Positions 41,671 through 52,434 of a stretch of 64,000 bases of DNA are shown one piece after another. The notes below the pieces were generated by a model. It searched no databases. It had not been told where the DNA came from and was given only the letters and a program-made list of their open reading frames with translations. Origin of the DNA: Candidatus Krumholzibacteriia bacterium. Its GTDB lineage: Bacteria; Krumholzibacteriota; Krumholzibacteriia; LZORAL124-64-63. How positions within the stretch are numbered: the stretch's first letter is position 1; every line of letters starts with the position of its first letter. The DNA is taken from positions 3,766-67,765 of the forward strand of contig CAWGRT010000015.1 of assembly GCA_963825035.1 (NCBI GenBank), given 5' to 3'. The position numbers and the translations under genes are program-made.

Positions 41671-42473
41671 ATGCCCCAGTACGTTTCCATGCTCATCCTG
41701 GCCGTGGTCCAGGGCCTGACCGAGTTCCTGCCCGGTCAGCAGCTCCGGCCACCTGGTGCTGCTGCAGCACCTGCTGGGGACCAGGGAGGGCGACGTCTTC
41801 TTCGACGTGGTGCTGCATGTCGGCACCCTGGGGTCGGTGCTGGTGGTGTACCGGCAGCGAGGTGATGCGCCTGCTGCGCCTGGACCGCGCGGCCCTGGGC
41901 TACGTGCTCAGCCTGGCGCTGGGCACCTTGCCGGCGGTGGTGGTGGGGCTGCTGGCCAAGGACACGGTCGAGCGGGTGTTCTCCTCGCCCACCTTCGCGG
42001 CGGCGCGGGCTGCTGCTGACGGCGGCGGTGCTGGTCTCCACCCGCGCGGCGCACCCGGCGCCCGGCGGGCGAGTCGGCACCTGGGAGCCGCGGCCCCCGG
42101 CGCCCTGGCGCGCGCGCTGGCCATCGGCTGCGCCCAGGCCCTGGCCATCCTGCCCGGGGTCAGCCGGTCGGGTTCGACCATTGCGGCCAGCCTGTGGACG
42201 GGGCTCGAGCGGGAGGAGGCGGCGCGCTTCAGCTTCCTGCTCTCGGTGCCGGCCATCCTGGGGGCGCTGGTGCTGCAGCTGCTGGGCGGTGCCGCGGCCG
42301 AAGCGGCCGGAGCGGGGGCCTGGTTGCCCCTGGCGGGAGCGGCCCTGGTGGCCTTCGCCGTGGGGCTGCTGGCGATCCGCTGGACGGCCCTGGCGGTGGT
42401 GCAGGCCCACTTCTGGAAGTTCAGCGGCTACTGCCTGGTGGTGGGGGTCACGGCGCTGCTGGTGCTGGGCTGA
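41671..42473 (+). CDS. uppP: undecaprenyl-diphosphate phosphatase, about 3 frame breaks
   Basis: [21 protein letters not shown](VSSSGHL)VLLQHLLG..., [49 protein letters not shown]. Confidence 0.9.
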
Positions 42474-42479
42474 GCCCGG

Positions 42480-42857
42480 TCAGGCGGGTTGCCCGGTCGC
42501 GAGCAGGCGCCCGAGGGTCTCCTGGACGCGCTCGTGATCGAAGGGCTTGATGACGAAGTCGGCGGCGCCGGCCTTGACGGCGGCCAGCACCTGGTCCTTC
42601 TGGCCCAGGGCGCAGATCATCACCACGCGGGCCCGGGGATCCTCGTCCACGATGGCCCGCAGGGCCTCGGTGCCGTCCAGGTTGGGCATGGTGATGTCCA
42701 TCAGCACCAGGTCCGGCCGGGTGCGCCGCCAGGCGGCGATGGCCTCGAACCCGTCCTCGGCCTCGGCGGCCACGGTCAGGCCCATGTCCTCGACGATCTC
42801 CCGGAGCATCAGCCGCATGAATTCGGCGTCGTCGACGATGAGGACGGTGTTGCCCAA
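42480..42857 (-). CDS. single-domain CheY-like response regulator
   Basis: TVLIVDDAEFMRLMLREIVEDMG...PDLVLMDITMPNLDGTEALRAI...VVMICALGQKDQVLAAVKAGAADFVIKPF. Start uncertain: TTG 42857 behind GGAGG is preferred, while the raw ORF extends to 42935. Confidence 0.8.
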   Translation of the reverse strand: MGNTVLIVDDAEFMRLMLREIVEDMGLTVAAEAEDGFEAIAAWRRTRPDLVLMDITMPNLDGTEALRAIVDEDPRARVVMICALGQKDQVLAAVKAGAADFVIKPFDHERVQETLGRLLATGQPA

Positions 42858-43015
42858 GACTACCTCCGGCAGGGCGCTCGGGGAGGCGGCCGCGCGCCGG
42901 ATTTCCGGCACCCCGCCCGCGCGGATGTGTTCCACGATGATGTCCGACTGGGTTGGGATCGACCCGGCGCGGGCGCCCTTTAGCGGGACATGTCACCTTG
43001 CAGGAAGGAAATGTG

Positions 43016-44414
43016 ATGAAACGACTCATGACGCTCGGCGTGGGTGCGTTCCTCGCTGGCGGCGGCGGCGGCGGCCGCCGGCCGACCCGGCGCCGGCCGA
43101 CGCGGTCGTCCGAGGCCGCCGGCCGCCGGAGCCTGGACCTGACGGTCTACAACCAGGACCTGGCCCTGGTCCGCGAAAGCACGTGACCTGGACCTGCCCC
43201 GACGGCCTGGTGCGCATCGAGTTCCGGGACGTGCCGGCGCAGGATCGACCCGACCTCCCTGCGGGTGGACGGCGGACCGAGGGCTTCACGCTGCTGGAGC
43301 AGAACTACGAGTTCGATCTGCTGTCCCGCGACCGCATCCTCCAGAAGTACGTGGGGCGGGACCTGTCCTGGATCCAGGACGACGGCACCGCCGTCACCGG
43401 CACGCTGCTGGGCCTGAACGACGGGCCGGTCTACCGGGTGGACGGCCGCATCGTCTTCGAGGTGCCCGGGCGCCTTGCCCTGCCCGACCTCCCCGCCGAC
43501 CTGCGGGACCGGCCCACCCTGGTCTGGCTGGCCGAGAACGGGCCGCCCGGCCAGCGCAAGGTGGAGGCCTCGTACCTGACGGGCGGCCTCTCCTGGAAGG
43601 CCGACTACGTGCTGGACCTGGACCGGGACGGGCAAGCGGGCCGCTCTGCAGGCCTGGGTGACGGTCGACAACCAGTCGGGCGCCGGCTACCGCGACGCCA
43701 CCCTGCGCCTGGTGGCCGGCGACGTGAACCGGGCCACCCCGCCGCCGCCGCGCGCTCATGCATGGCCGACATGCCATGGCCGCCGAGGCCGAAGGGCGGA
43801 TTCAGCGAGCAGGCGCTCTACGATTACCACCTCTACACCCTGGATCGGCCGACCGACCTGAAGGACCGGCAGATCAAGCAGATCAGCCTCTTCGAGCGGG
43901 ACGGCGTCGCCGTGGCGAAGCACTACCGCCTGCGCGCCGGCAGACGGCCGTCCGCGGCCGACGGCACCCAGGCGGTGGAGGTGGCCTACCGCTTCGCCAA
44001 CAACGAGGCCGCCGGCCTGGGCCTGCCCCTGCCCGGCGGGCACCTTCCGGGTCTACGGCGAGTCCGACGGCGGCCGGCAGCTGCTGGGCGAGGACCGCAT
44101 CGACCACACGCCCCGGGACGAGACGGTGGACCTGACCGTGGGGCGGGCCTTCGACCTCGTGGCCGAGCGGGTGGTGACGCAAGACCGAGCGGCTGGGGGA
44201 TCACGGCCAGCGCCTGGGCGTGCGGGTGACCCTGCGCAACCACAAGGACGAGGACGTGACCGTGGAGGTCAGCGAGCACGCCTGGGGCGAGTGGAAGGTG
44301 ACGGCGTCGACCCTGCCCGCGCGGCGGGTCAGCGCCACCGAACTGGCCTTCGACGTGCCGGTGCCCGCCGACGGCGAGACGGTGCTGGAGTACACCATCG
44401 AGATGAACCGCTGA
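43016..44414 (+). CDS. DUF4139-family protein, about 4 frame breaks
   Basis: [14 protein letters not shown]..., [90 protein letters not shown]-terminus [25 protein letters not shown]...[12 protein letters not shown]. Confidence 0.7.
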
Positions 44415-44417
44415 CGG

Positions 44418-46590
44418 TCACAGGCCGCGCAGCGCGCGCCCGCAGGCGGGCGTCGTCGGGGCGCAGGGCCACGGCCTTCTCCAGGGCCCGCCGCGCGCCG
44501 TCGCGGTCGCCCTGGCGCTGGCGCACCGCCGCCAGGTTGACCCAGGCCTCGAAGCGGCCCGGGTCGATGGCCACGGCGCCGGTCGAACCAGCGGGCGGCC
44601 TCGTCGAGCCGGCCCAGGCGCAGGGCGCAGACGCCGGCGTTCAGCGCCGAACCGGCCTGGCGGCCGTTGGCCGTCCACGGCCGCGGTGAAGGCGTCCAGG
44701 GCCGCGGCGAACCGGCCCTCGGCCAGCAGCGCGTTGCCCAGGTTGTGCTGCACCTGGGGGTGGTCCGGGCCGCAGCGGGCGCCCCGGGCAGCAGGGCCGC
44801 CGCGGCGGCCTCGCGTCGTCGCCGACCAGGCTCAGCGGTGCGGGCGGCCGCCAGGCAGAGGTCGGCGGCGCGGGCCGAACGGCATGCCCGGCCGGCCGGC
44901 CCGGGCCAGCAGAGGCCGGCCACCGTCGCGCCCGCATCGGTCCACCGGCGGCCGGTCGCCGCCGGGCAGGAACAGGGCCGCTGCGCCGTCGATCCCCCGC
45001 AGGGTCCAGGCCGGATCGCCGCAGGAGCTGTCCGGCCAGGGGCGCGAAGGCTCCGCTGCCGTAGGCCAGCAGCAGGCCGAGGCGGGCCGCCAGCGGGCCA
45101 GCACCGCCGGGCCGCGTCCCCGCCCTGCGCGCAGGTCCGCGTAGTCGCGCCAGAGTGCCGGCGGGTAGGCCTCGGTGCGGCCGTCGATGAAGACGGCCGG
45201 CCCCCGCGCGGCCAGCACCGCGCCGGCCGCGTCCACGTTGGCCAGCACCGTCGGCGCGCCGGCGGCGTCCAGGGTCGCCAGGGACGCCGGTGGGCGCATG
45301 GGCCGGGGTCAGGCCGGCGCCGAAACGGCGCGACCACGCCCTCGCCCAGGTAGAAGCGGTCCGAGACGATGCGCCGGCCACCACACGGCGCAGGCGGCCG
45401 CCAGACCACCACGGCCGACCAGGGCCGGGCCCAGGGGGCCAGCCGCGGCGGCAGCGCCGGCCGGCGGGGCCGGCGCAGGGGCCAGGCGGTGCCGGTGTGC
45501 AGCAGCACGAAGGCCACGGCGTAGAGGCCGAGGGCGCGCTGGGCCGCCAGGGCCGCCGCGGCGGCCAGCGCCAGCAGCAGCACCCGCAGCACCGGCACCC
45601 GGCCCCACTGGGTCACGACCCACAGCAGGCTCCAGACGCAGGCTGAGCTTGAAGACGCAGCAGGGTGGTGCCCAGGGCGTCGCGGGTCTGCAGGAGGGGA
45701 CCAGTTCGGAAATGATGCCGCCCAGGTCGGGCCGGTCGCCCCGGAACTGGCCCAGGGCCCGCAGGGGCAGCAGCAGGCCCGCCGGGCCGTTGGGCGTCAG
45801 CGCCAGGGCGACCAGCGGCCAGGGCGGGCCCGGCCAGGGCGCCGCCGGGCGACGGTGCCGGCGCGCCGCCCGCGGCCGTCGATCCACGCGCGCCGGCCAG
45901 GCCCAGCAGCCACACGGGCGGGCGCCAGGGCGGCGAACCCGTGGCACCTGGGCCCAGAGCAGCGTCGCCAGCAGCGCCTGTCCCGGGGCCCGCCGCGGGT
46001 CGAGCCACGCGGCGCCAGGGCACGGGTCACCGGCCGGCGGCCAGGGTGCGCTGGCACCGCCCGCACCAGCACCGCCAGCAGCAGGTAGGACACCAGTTCG
46101 GGCCGCAGGGTCAGCCGGGTCCACAGCAGGCCGAGCCCGGCCAGGACGGCGCCGGCGGTCAGCCAGGGCGATGCGCCCCGGCGGGCGCGGGCCGGGCCAG
46201 GACGCCGTCGCCCAGGAGCAGCACCGCGCCAGGGCCAGGATCAGGAGGAGGCGCAGCAGGCTCCAGCCGGGCAGCGGCGCGTCGGCGGCCGGGGGCAGGG
46301 CCGGGGCCGTGACGGCGACCGCGGCCTCGAACAGCCACTCGTGGTTCACCCAGGGGTGGTCCGGCGCGGTGAAGCTGTAGTGGTTGGTGTGGAGCAGGTG
46401 CCCGTCGGCGCAGCAGGTCGGCGCCCGGCCCGGGCGTGGAACCAGACGTCCCGGTCGGCCAGGCTGTGCCAGCCCAGCAGCAGGGCGGTGGCCAACGGCA
46501 GCAGCAGCAGGGCGTGCACGGGGCGCAGGCGGGGACGGGCGCGGCGTCGCGGGCCAAGGGGCTCTCCCGGGGTTCGGTGCGGCGGGGTGG
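44418..46590 (-). CDS. large polytopic membrane protein with a C-terminal TPR domain (function unknown, possibly glycosyltransferase-C-like), many frame breaks
   Basis: N-terminal pieces LLLPLATALLLGWHSLADRDVWFHARAG / HLLHTNHYSFTAPDHPWVNHEWLFEA, many hydrophobic segments. C-terminus VQHNLGNALLAEGRFAAALDAFTAAV, VAIDPGRFEAWVNLAAVRQRQGDRDGARRALEKAVALRPDD. The 5' boundary is approximate. Confidence 0.45.
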
Positions 46591-46677
46591 ACCTGGCTCA
46601 AGGCTAACATCCGGCGACCGCGGGTCCCGACAGCAAAAATCGGTTTGACAAACTGACGACGCGCGACAGGGGCTCCG

Positions 46678-46692
46678 TTGACAGAATGTCAA
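46678..46692. promoter_or_regulatory. perfect AT-rich palindrome TTGACA-gaa-TGTCAA in the long upstream region of the sigma-70 gene
   Basis: 6-3-6 inverted repeat inside the least GC-rich patch of the window (about 46600-46890). A second TTGACA lies at 46645-46650. Confidence 0.3.
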
Positions 46693-46897
46693 GATTCGCA
46701 GGGCGGCCGAGGATCACTTGAGAACGGTATGCAGGTTATGGAATGTAAGTCAGCGAGAAAATGGTGGGTTAAAGCAGGACAGAAAACTAGGGGAACACCG
46801 ACGGCCGTGGTACGCGACTTGTAAAGGGGATACCCAAACGGGCCAGCCGAACCCCCAAACGAACGCGGCGGGCCCCGATTCCAAGGAGATGCAAAGC

Positions 46898-47818
46898 ATG
46901 GCCAAGAAGACCACCAGCAAGACCCGCCGCTCGACCCGCACCGCCAAGAGCCACAAGGCCAGTGCGCCGGCGGCCCAGCTGATGAGCAACCTCGACCTCT
47001 ACTTCCAGGAAGTGAAGGCCTACAGCCTGCTGTCCCGGGACGAGGAGTGCGAACTGGCCCGCGGCATCCACGCCAACGACAACGAAGCCCTGCACAAGCT
47101 GGTGAAGGCGAACCTGCGTTTCGTCGTGTCCATCGCCAAGGAGTACGCCCACTACGGCGTGCCTCTGGAGGACCTGATCAACGAGGGCAACCTGGGTCTG
47201 CTGAAGGCGGCCCAGCGCTTCGACGAGACCCGCGGGTACAAGTTCATCAGCTACGCGGTGTGGTGGATCCGCCAGTCCATCCTGGCGGCCCTGGCGAACC
47301 ATAGCAAGATCGTGCGCATGCCCCTGAACCGGGCGCGCGTGCTGAACCAGATCAAGAAGGTCAGCGGCGAGCTGCAGCAGAAGCTGCGCCGCAAGCCCGA
47401 GCCCGAGGAGATCGCCGCCGAGCTGGGCCTGTCCATCGACGAAGTGAAGGACACCCTGCCCCTGATGCAGGACAACTTCTTCCTCGACGACTTCGTCGGC
47501 AACGACGAGGACAGCACCTACATGGACTTCCTGGTGGACACCACCGGGGTCACCCCCGACAAGGGCGTGATGGAGGACGACCTGCACTCGTCCATCGGCC
47601 GCATGCTGGGCGACCTGAAGGAGCGCGAGGCGAAGGTGCTGCGGATGTACTACGGTCTCGGCACCGATCGGGAGATGACCCTCGAGGAGATCGGCCAGAA
47701 GATGGGCCTGACCCGCGAGCGCATCCGCCAGATCAAGGAAGAGGCGTTCGAGAAGATCCGCTCGAGCAAGACCTTCCGGTACATGCACGACTACGCGGAC
47801 GAGCACCAGCCGGGTTGA
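46898..47818 (+). CDS. RpoD-family sigma-70 factor, short form lacking region 1.1
   Basis: MAKKTTSKTRRSTRTAK..., LDLYFQEVKAYSLLSRDEECELARGI, LVKANLRFVVSIAKEY...EDLINEGNLGLLKAAQRFDETRGYKFISYAVWWIRQSI (regions 2.1-2.4), TLEEIGQKMGLTRERIRQIKEEAFEKIR (region 4.2). AAGGAG lies 9 nt upstream of ATG 46898; an alternative ATG is at 46889. Confidence 0.9.
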   Translation: MAKKTTSKTRRSTRTAKSHKASAPAAQLMSNLDLYFQEVKAYSLLSRDEECELARGIHANDNEALHKLVKANLRFVVSIAKEYAHYGVPLEDLINEGNLGLLKAAQRFDETRGYKFISYAVWWIRQSILAALANHSKIVRMPLNRARVLNQIKKVSGELQQKLRRKPEPEEIAAELGLSIDEVKDTLPLMQDNFFLDDFVGNDEDSTYMDFLVDTTGVTPDKGVMEDDLHSSIGRMLGDLKEREAKVLRMYYGLGTDREMTLEEIGQKMGLTRERIRQIKEEAFEKIRSSKTFRYMHDYADEHQPG

Positions 47819-47841
47819 CGGCCCGGCACAGGCGAACGACG

Positions 47842-47874
47842 AGGGGCTCCGGTGGCACCGGGGCCCCTTTTTTT
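47842..47874. terminator. hairpin plus T7 terminator after the sigma gene, convergent with yigZ
   Basis: GGGGCTCCGGTG-gc-ACCGGGGCCCC followed by TTTTTTT (47868-47874). Confidence 0.75.
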
Positions 47875-47896
47875 GCGCGTGCGCCCCGCGGGGGGA

Positions 47897-48547
47897 TCAT
47901 GCGTCGTCCAGGGGGTCGGCGGTGACCGCGCCGTGGGTGGCCTCGAGCACCGCCTCGGGATAGCCGTCGGCGCGGGAGCGGGGCAGCCACACGGTCCAGG
48001 CCACGTCCGCGCCCCAGTCCTCGGCCTCCACGCGGCCGTTCCGGTCTTCGACCTGCTTGCGCAGGGTCTTCTGCAGGGGATACGGGAAGCGCACGGCGAA
48101 GCGCCGGCCCAGGAGGATCTCCCGCCGGGGCGCGGCGACCAGGGCGGCCTCCATGGCCTCGCCGTAGGCGCGGGCCAGGCCGCCGGTGCCCAGCTTGACG
48201 CCCCCGAACCAGCGCATCACCACGCCCACGCAGTCGATCAGGCCGGCCCTGCGCAGGGCGGCCAGGATCGGTTCGCCCGCGGTGCCCGAGGGCTCACCCG
48301 CGTCGTTGCGCGTCTCCAGGGGCGATGGGCTCCGGCCCAGGCGCCAGGCCCAGCACACGTGGCGGGCGTCGTGGTGCCGGCGGGCGGCCTCGGCCACCAC
48401 GGCCCGGGCGGTCTCCTCGTCGTCGGCCGGAGCCGCCCAGGCCAGGAAACGGGAGCGCTGGACCTTGATCTCGGCGCAGCCGCGGCCGGCCAGGCTGAGC
48501 AGCCGGTCCAGGGGAAGGGCGGGGTCGTGGGGCGGTTCGGGGGGCAT
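47897..48547 (-). CDS. yigZ: YigZ/IMPACT-family (UPF0029) protein
   Basis: AEIKVQRSRFLAWAAPADDEETARAVV..., NDAGEPSGTAGEPILAALRRAGLIDCVGVVMRWFGGVKLGTGGLARAYGEA. Intact. Confidence 0.85.
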   Translation of the reverse strand: MPPEPPHDPALPLDRLLSLAGRGCAEIKVQRSRFLAWAAPADDEETARAVVAEAARRHHDARHVCWAWRLGRSPSPLETRNDAGEPSGTAGEPILAALRRAGLIDCVGVVMRWFGGVKLGTGGLARAYGEAMEAALVAAPRREILLGRRFAVRFPYPLQKTLRKQVEDRNGRVEAEDWGADVAWTVWLPRSRADGYPEAVLEATHGAVTADPLDDA

Positions 48548-48682
48548 GGGGGCGACCTGCTCGTGTCAATATTCCGGGCATGGGCGCCGCCGGCCGGGGC
48601 GGGCGGCGCTTCCGACCTCCGTACGGTAACCCACAGGTGACCGCGGGGCAACGATTTGGGAGACCGGTCGTGGCCGCCGCGC

Positions 48683-48698
48683 TGGCACCCGGCTTGCA
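48683..48698 (+). promoter_or_regulatory. consensus sigma-54 promoter upstream of a small OMP-like gene
   Basis: TGGCAC-CCGGC-TTGCA, an exact match to TGGCAC-N5-TTGCW. Intergenic, about 54 nt upstream of GTG 48752 (RBS AGGAGA). Confidence 0.6.
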
Positions 48699-48751
48699 CC
48701 GTACCCCGTGCCCTGCCCGGCGGGGCGCGACCCCAACCCGAGGAGAACCCG

Positions 48752-49384
48752 GTGACCCGTCGTCCCCGCTGCCGCGGCGCCCTGCTGCTGACGGTGCTGG
48801 CCTGCCTGGGCGCCTGTCCGGCAACCGCCCAGGACCTGGCGGACAGCCCTCGCCTGCGTCCGCCCCGCTCGGCCCTGGACGCCTCCTTCACCGCGCCCAT
48901 CCTCCTGACGGGGTATGTGGGCCTGGGGGGCGGCCTGCGCGCCGACCAGGACGTCCTGGCGCCGGCCTACGGTGGCGCGGTGGTGTTCCAGCCCGGATCA
49001 GCCGACTACATCCTGCATTTCCTCTCGGCCTGGAACTGCGGCCTGGTCCTGCAGGGTGACTACCAGAACCTCTCGGACACCGACAGCGTGCTCTCGGCCG
49101 ACGGCCTCGTCCGCCACTACTTTCGCGACCGCGGCCGGGACGGCACCGAGGTGCGCCTGTTCCTGGGCCTCGGCGCCGGGGTCACCCGGTTCACCGAGCC
49201 GGGCACCGCAGGCGCCCAGCAGGATCGGTACTGGTCCGGCGTCGCCGAGGTCGGCCAGGAATGGCTGACGGGCGGCCGCTGGTACTTCATGGTGCGCGGC
49301 CAGTACCGCATGCACCTGCGGCCCCACCACAACCACGGCGCGTGGCAGGTGGTGGCGGGCCTGGGCCTGCCCTTCCCCGGGTGA
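48752..49384 (+). CDS. signal-peptide protein, probable small outer-membrane beta-barrel
   Basis: VTRRPRCRGALLLTVLACLGACPATA|QDLADS. Alternating beta-strand-like pattern (VRLFLGLGAGVTRF, RWYFMVRGQYRMHL, AWQVVAGLGLPF). Intact. Confidence 0.5.
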   Translation: MTRRPRCRGALLLTVLACLGACPATAQDLADSPRLRPPRSALDASFTAPILLTGYVGLGGGLRADQDVLAPAYGGAVVFQPGSADYILHFLSAWNCGLVLQGDYQNLSDTDSVLSADGLVRHYFRDRGRDGTEVRLFLGLGAGVTRFTEPGTAGAQQDRYWSGVAEVGQEWLTGGRWYFMVRGQYRMHLRPHHNHGAWQVVAGLGLPFPG

Positions 49385-49505
49385 ACCACCGCGGCCCGGG
49401 GGTGACCGGGGCCCCGATTTGCCGTATACTGCGGACGTCACCCCGCCCGACACCCAGCCGGGCCGCGGCCCGTCCGCGGCCGGGATCATCCTTGTGAGGT
49501 CAGCC

Positions 49506-50329
49506 ATGCGCCGCACGACGTCCGGTCGCCGTCCGTCCCCCCGAACCCCGGGTTCGTCCCCGTCCTCGCCCTCGTCCTGGCCTGCCTCGGCGCCGGCCAG
49601 GCGGCCGCCCAGGCCGAGCTCTCGTACCAGCAGTACCGCGCCCTGGCCTGGGCGGCGGACCGCCTCGACCACGTGACCATGTTCGAACCCCTCGACGGCG
49701 AGCCCGGCATGCTCATGGCCCTGGCCGAGCGCTTCGGTACGGTGCAGGTGTACAAGGACGATGGCCGCGGCGTGTCGCGGGTGTGGAAGAGCGTCCACCT
49801 GAGCGGCGTGCCCGAGGAGATCCTCACCGCCGACCTGGCGGGGGACGGCTTCGACGACTCCCTGGTCTGCCGCACCACCGGCGGCAAGGTGTACGTCTGG
49901 CGGCTCTCGGACTACACCCTGGTCTGGGAGTCCCTGACCAACGAGTACCAGTCCATCGCCTGCTTCACCGTGGCCAACGTCGACGACGACCCGGCGTCGG
50001 AGATCGTGGTGCTGGCGGACCGCAAGATCTACTACGTGGACGGCGTCAACTTCAACCGCGAGTTCACCAGCATCCACGAGTACGACGCCACCATGATGCG
50101 CTGCGGCGACGTGGACGGGGACGGGCGCATGGAGATCGTGCTGAACTCGGGGCAGGTCGTGGACTCGGTGTCCGGGGACGTGAAGTGGGGGGACCAGCAG
50201 TTCTACGCGAAGATCGAGCTGCTGGACATCGACGGGGACGGGATGCCGGAGATCCTCACGGAGAACGATGACGGGGGGCCGATGAAGGTGTTCGACGCCG
50301 ACTACCGCTCCGAGGTGCGCTTCCAGTAG
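49506..50329 (+). CDS. secreted FG-GAP/VCBS-repeat protein, one frame break in the signal-peptide region
   Basis: MRRTTSGRRP.. then FVPVLALVLACLGAGQAAA|QAELSY. Repeats ADLAGDGFDDSLV, VANVDDDPASEIVV, CGDVDGDGRMEIVL, LLDIDGDGMPEILT. Confidence 0.7.
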
Positions 50330-50348
50330 CGGCCCGTCGGGCGCGGAT

Positions 50349-50386
50349 ACGACGAGGCCCGGGTCGGGTGGCCCGGGCCTCGTCGT
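50349..50386. terminator. 15-bp-stem bidirectional hairpin between the FG-GAP gene(+) and dsbD(-)
   Basis: ACGACGAGGCCCGGG-tcgggtgg-CCCGGGCCTCGTCGT. Confidence 0.65.
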
Positions 50387-50402
50387 CGGCGGTGCGCGCG
50401 CG

Positions 50403-52207
50403 TCAGCGGATCGATTTCATGAGGGCGAGCATCTCGTCCGCGTGCACGAATCCCGTGGAGCGTCCGTCCAGGAACTCGCCGCGGCTGTCGATGAAGACCA
50501 CGCGCGGCAGCCCGCTCACGTTCCAGCCTGCCTTGATGGCGGCCATCTCGTCGTCGTCCGGAGCGGTGGCGTCGATCTTCACCGTGACGAAGCGCTGCGA
50601 CTCGGCGATCACCGCGGGGTCGGTCCACACCGACTTGTCCAGCTTCTTGCAGTAGACGCACCAGTTGGCCCAGAAGTCGATCATCACCGGCTTGCCGGCG
50701 GCCTTGGCTTCGGCCAGGCGGGCGTCCAGGAAGGCGCGGGCGTCGTCGCCGGTCGCGACCTTCCGCCAGGCCACCTCCGTGGGGGCGGCGTCGGGCTCGG
50801 CCCGGGCGACCGCGGCGGGCGACGGCGCGGCGCCGACGGGGGCCGGGCCCTCCGCCACGGCGGCGACCGGCAGGGGCGACGGCATCAGCAGGCCCTGGGC
50901 CAGGAACGAACCGGCCAGCAGGTACAGCCCCGCCACCAGCGCGATGATGCCCAGGCCCTTGCGGGTGCGGGCCCACCAGCCCGAGTCGGCGCCCAGGGGA
51001 TCGAAGGCCCCCACGAAGACGCCCACCAGGATCACCGTGCCGCCCAGCAGGGGATAGTAGAGCTTGGCGGGCAGGAAGATGCCCGGGCGCACGAACCAGA
51101 AGGCCATGGCCAGCAGCAGCAGGCCCATGGCCTTCTTCACGGTCTCCATCCAGCCGCCGCTCTGGGGCATGCTGCCCAGCAGCGCGGGGAACGTGCCCAC
51201 GCCGATCAGCAGCAGGCCCATGCCGATGCCGAAGGTGAACAGGGCGAAGAAGCCCAGGACCCAGTTGCCGGTGGTGGCCACCCACACCAGCAGCGCCGCC
51301 AGGAAGGGGCCCACGCACGGGCTGGCCACCAGGCCGGCGACCATGCCCATGGCGAAGACGCCGATCACGCCCGACTTGGCGCCACCCGAGCCCTGCAGCC
51401 GGTCGCGCATGAACTGGGGCGCCTGCAGCTCGAAGGCCCCGAACATGCTGAAGGCCAACACCACCAACAGCACGGCGATGGGGCCCACCACCACCGGGCT
51501 CTGCATGAAGGCGGTGATGCCGCTGAACACGGTGGCGCTCAGGGCGCCGAGAATCGCGTAGACCAGCGCCATGCCCAGCACGTAGGTCACCGACATGCCC
51601 AGGCCGTGGGCCGCGCCCTTGTCCTGGCTGCGGGCGCCGATCACCGCCAGGGTGATGGGGATCATGGGGTAGATGCAGGGCGAAAGGCTCATCAGCACGC
51701 CGAAGCCGAACACCAGCACCAGGAACAGCGGCAGGCCGCGCTGGGCGATGAAGGCGGAGATGCGGTCGGCGGTCCACTTCTCGCCGTAGCCGAGGGAGAC
51801 CGTGCCGCGCCATTGCGCCTGGAGCGGACCGTCGGGGCCGGCCACGCTGGCCGTCAGCGCCAGGGTGTGGTCGCCCTGCCGGGCGGCCGGGGGCACCGGG
51901 GCGGCCCACTCGAAGTGCAGCTCCCGGGCGGGGGCCGAATCGAGGGCCTTCAGCGGGTAGGGGGTCGCGAAGAAGTCGTCGGCGGCCGCGGCCGCGACCG
52001 TGACCCGGGCCGGATCCAGGGGCGCTGCGTCGCTGCGGAGGACCAGCTGCAGGACCAGGTCCTTGCCGATCTCCGCCGCGGGCGCGGGGGTCGCCACGTC
52101 CAAGGTGACGGCCGCGCGGGCGGGTGCGGCGGCCGCCAGGAGGGCGGCGCAGAGGACCAGGGCGGCCGCGGGCAGGAGGCGCGGCGCGGTGCGCAGGCGG
52201 TGGGGCA
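50403..52207 (-). CDS. dsbD: DsbD-family thiol:disulfide interchange protein (CcdA-like core plus C-terminal thioredoxin domain)
   Basis: ATG at 52207. Signal peptide LLPAAALVLCAALLAAAAPARA. SLSPCIYPMIP and LVASPCVGPFL (core Cys pair). C-terminal VMIDFWANWCVYCK. Intact. The raw ORF extends upstream to 52808 as GC-rich read-through. Confidence 0.9.
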
Positions 52208-52334
52208 TCGTCACGGTGTCCTTCCGGGCATATGGGAAGGCCCGCGGGGGCGGGCCGGCATGGCGATCGCGAGCGTTACTATACGCAGTTGAAGTCGCGG
52301 CACAAGTCCGGGTTCCCGGTCGCGACGGGACAGT

Positions 52335-52348
52335 TGCAATATTTTGCA
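52335..52348. promoter_or_regulatory. AT-rich palindrome TGCAA-tatt-TTGCA in the dsbD/tlpA divergent promoter region
   Basis: 5-4-5 inverted repeat within the 227-nt divergent intergenic region. It overlaps a possible -35 (TTGCAA). Confidence 0.3.
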
Positions 52349-52434
52349 TCGATGACGAGATTAGCGGAGACGACACCACGGCGGGTGCCCGCCCCGGGCG
52401 GCGCCGGCCTGGACCGAACCTCGGAGGACCCAAC

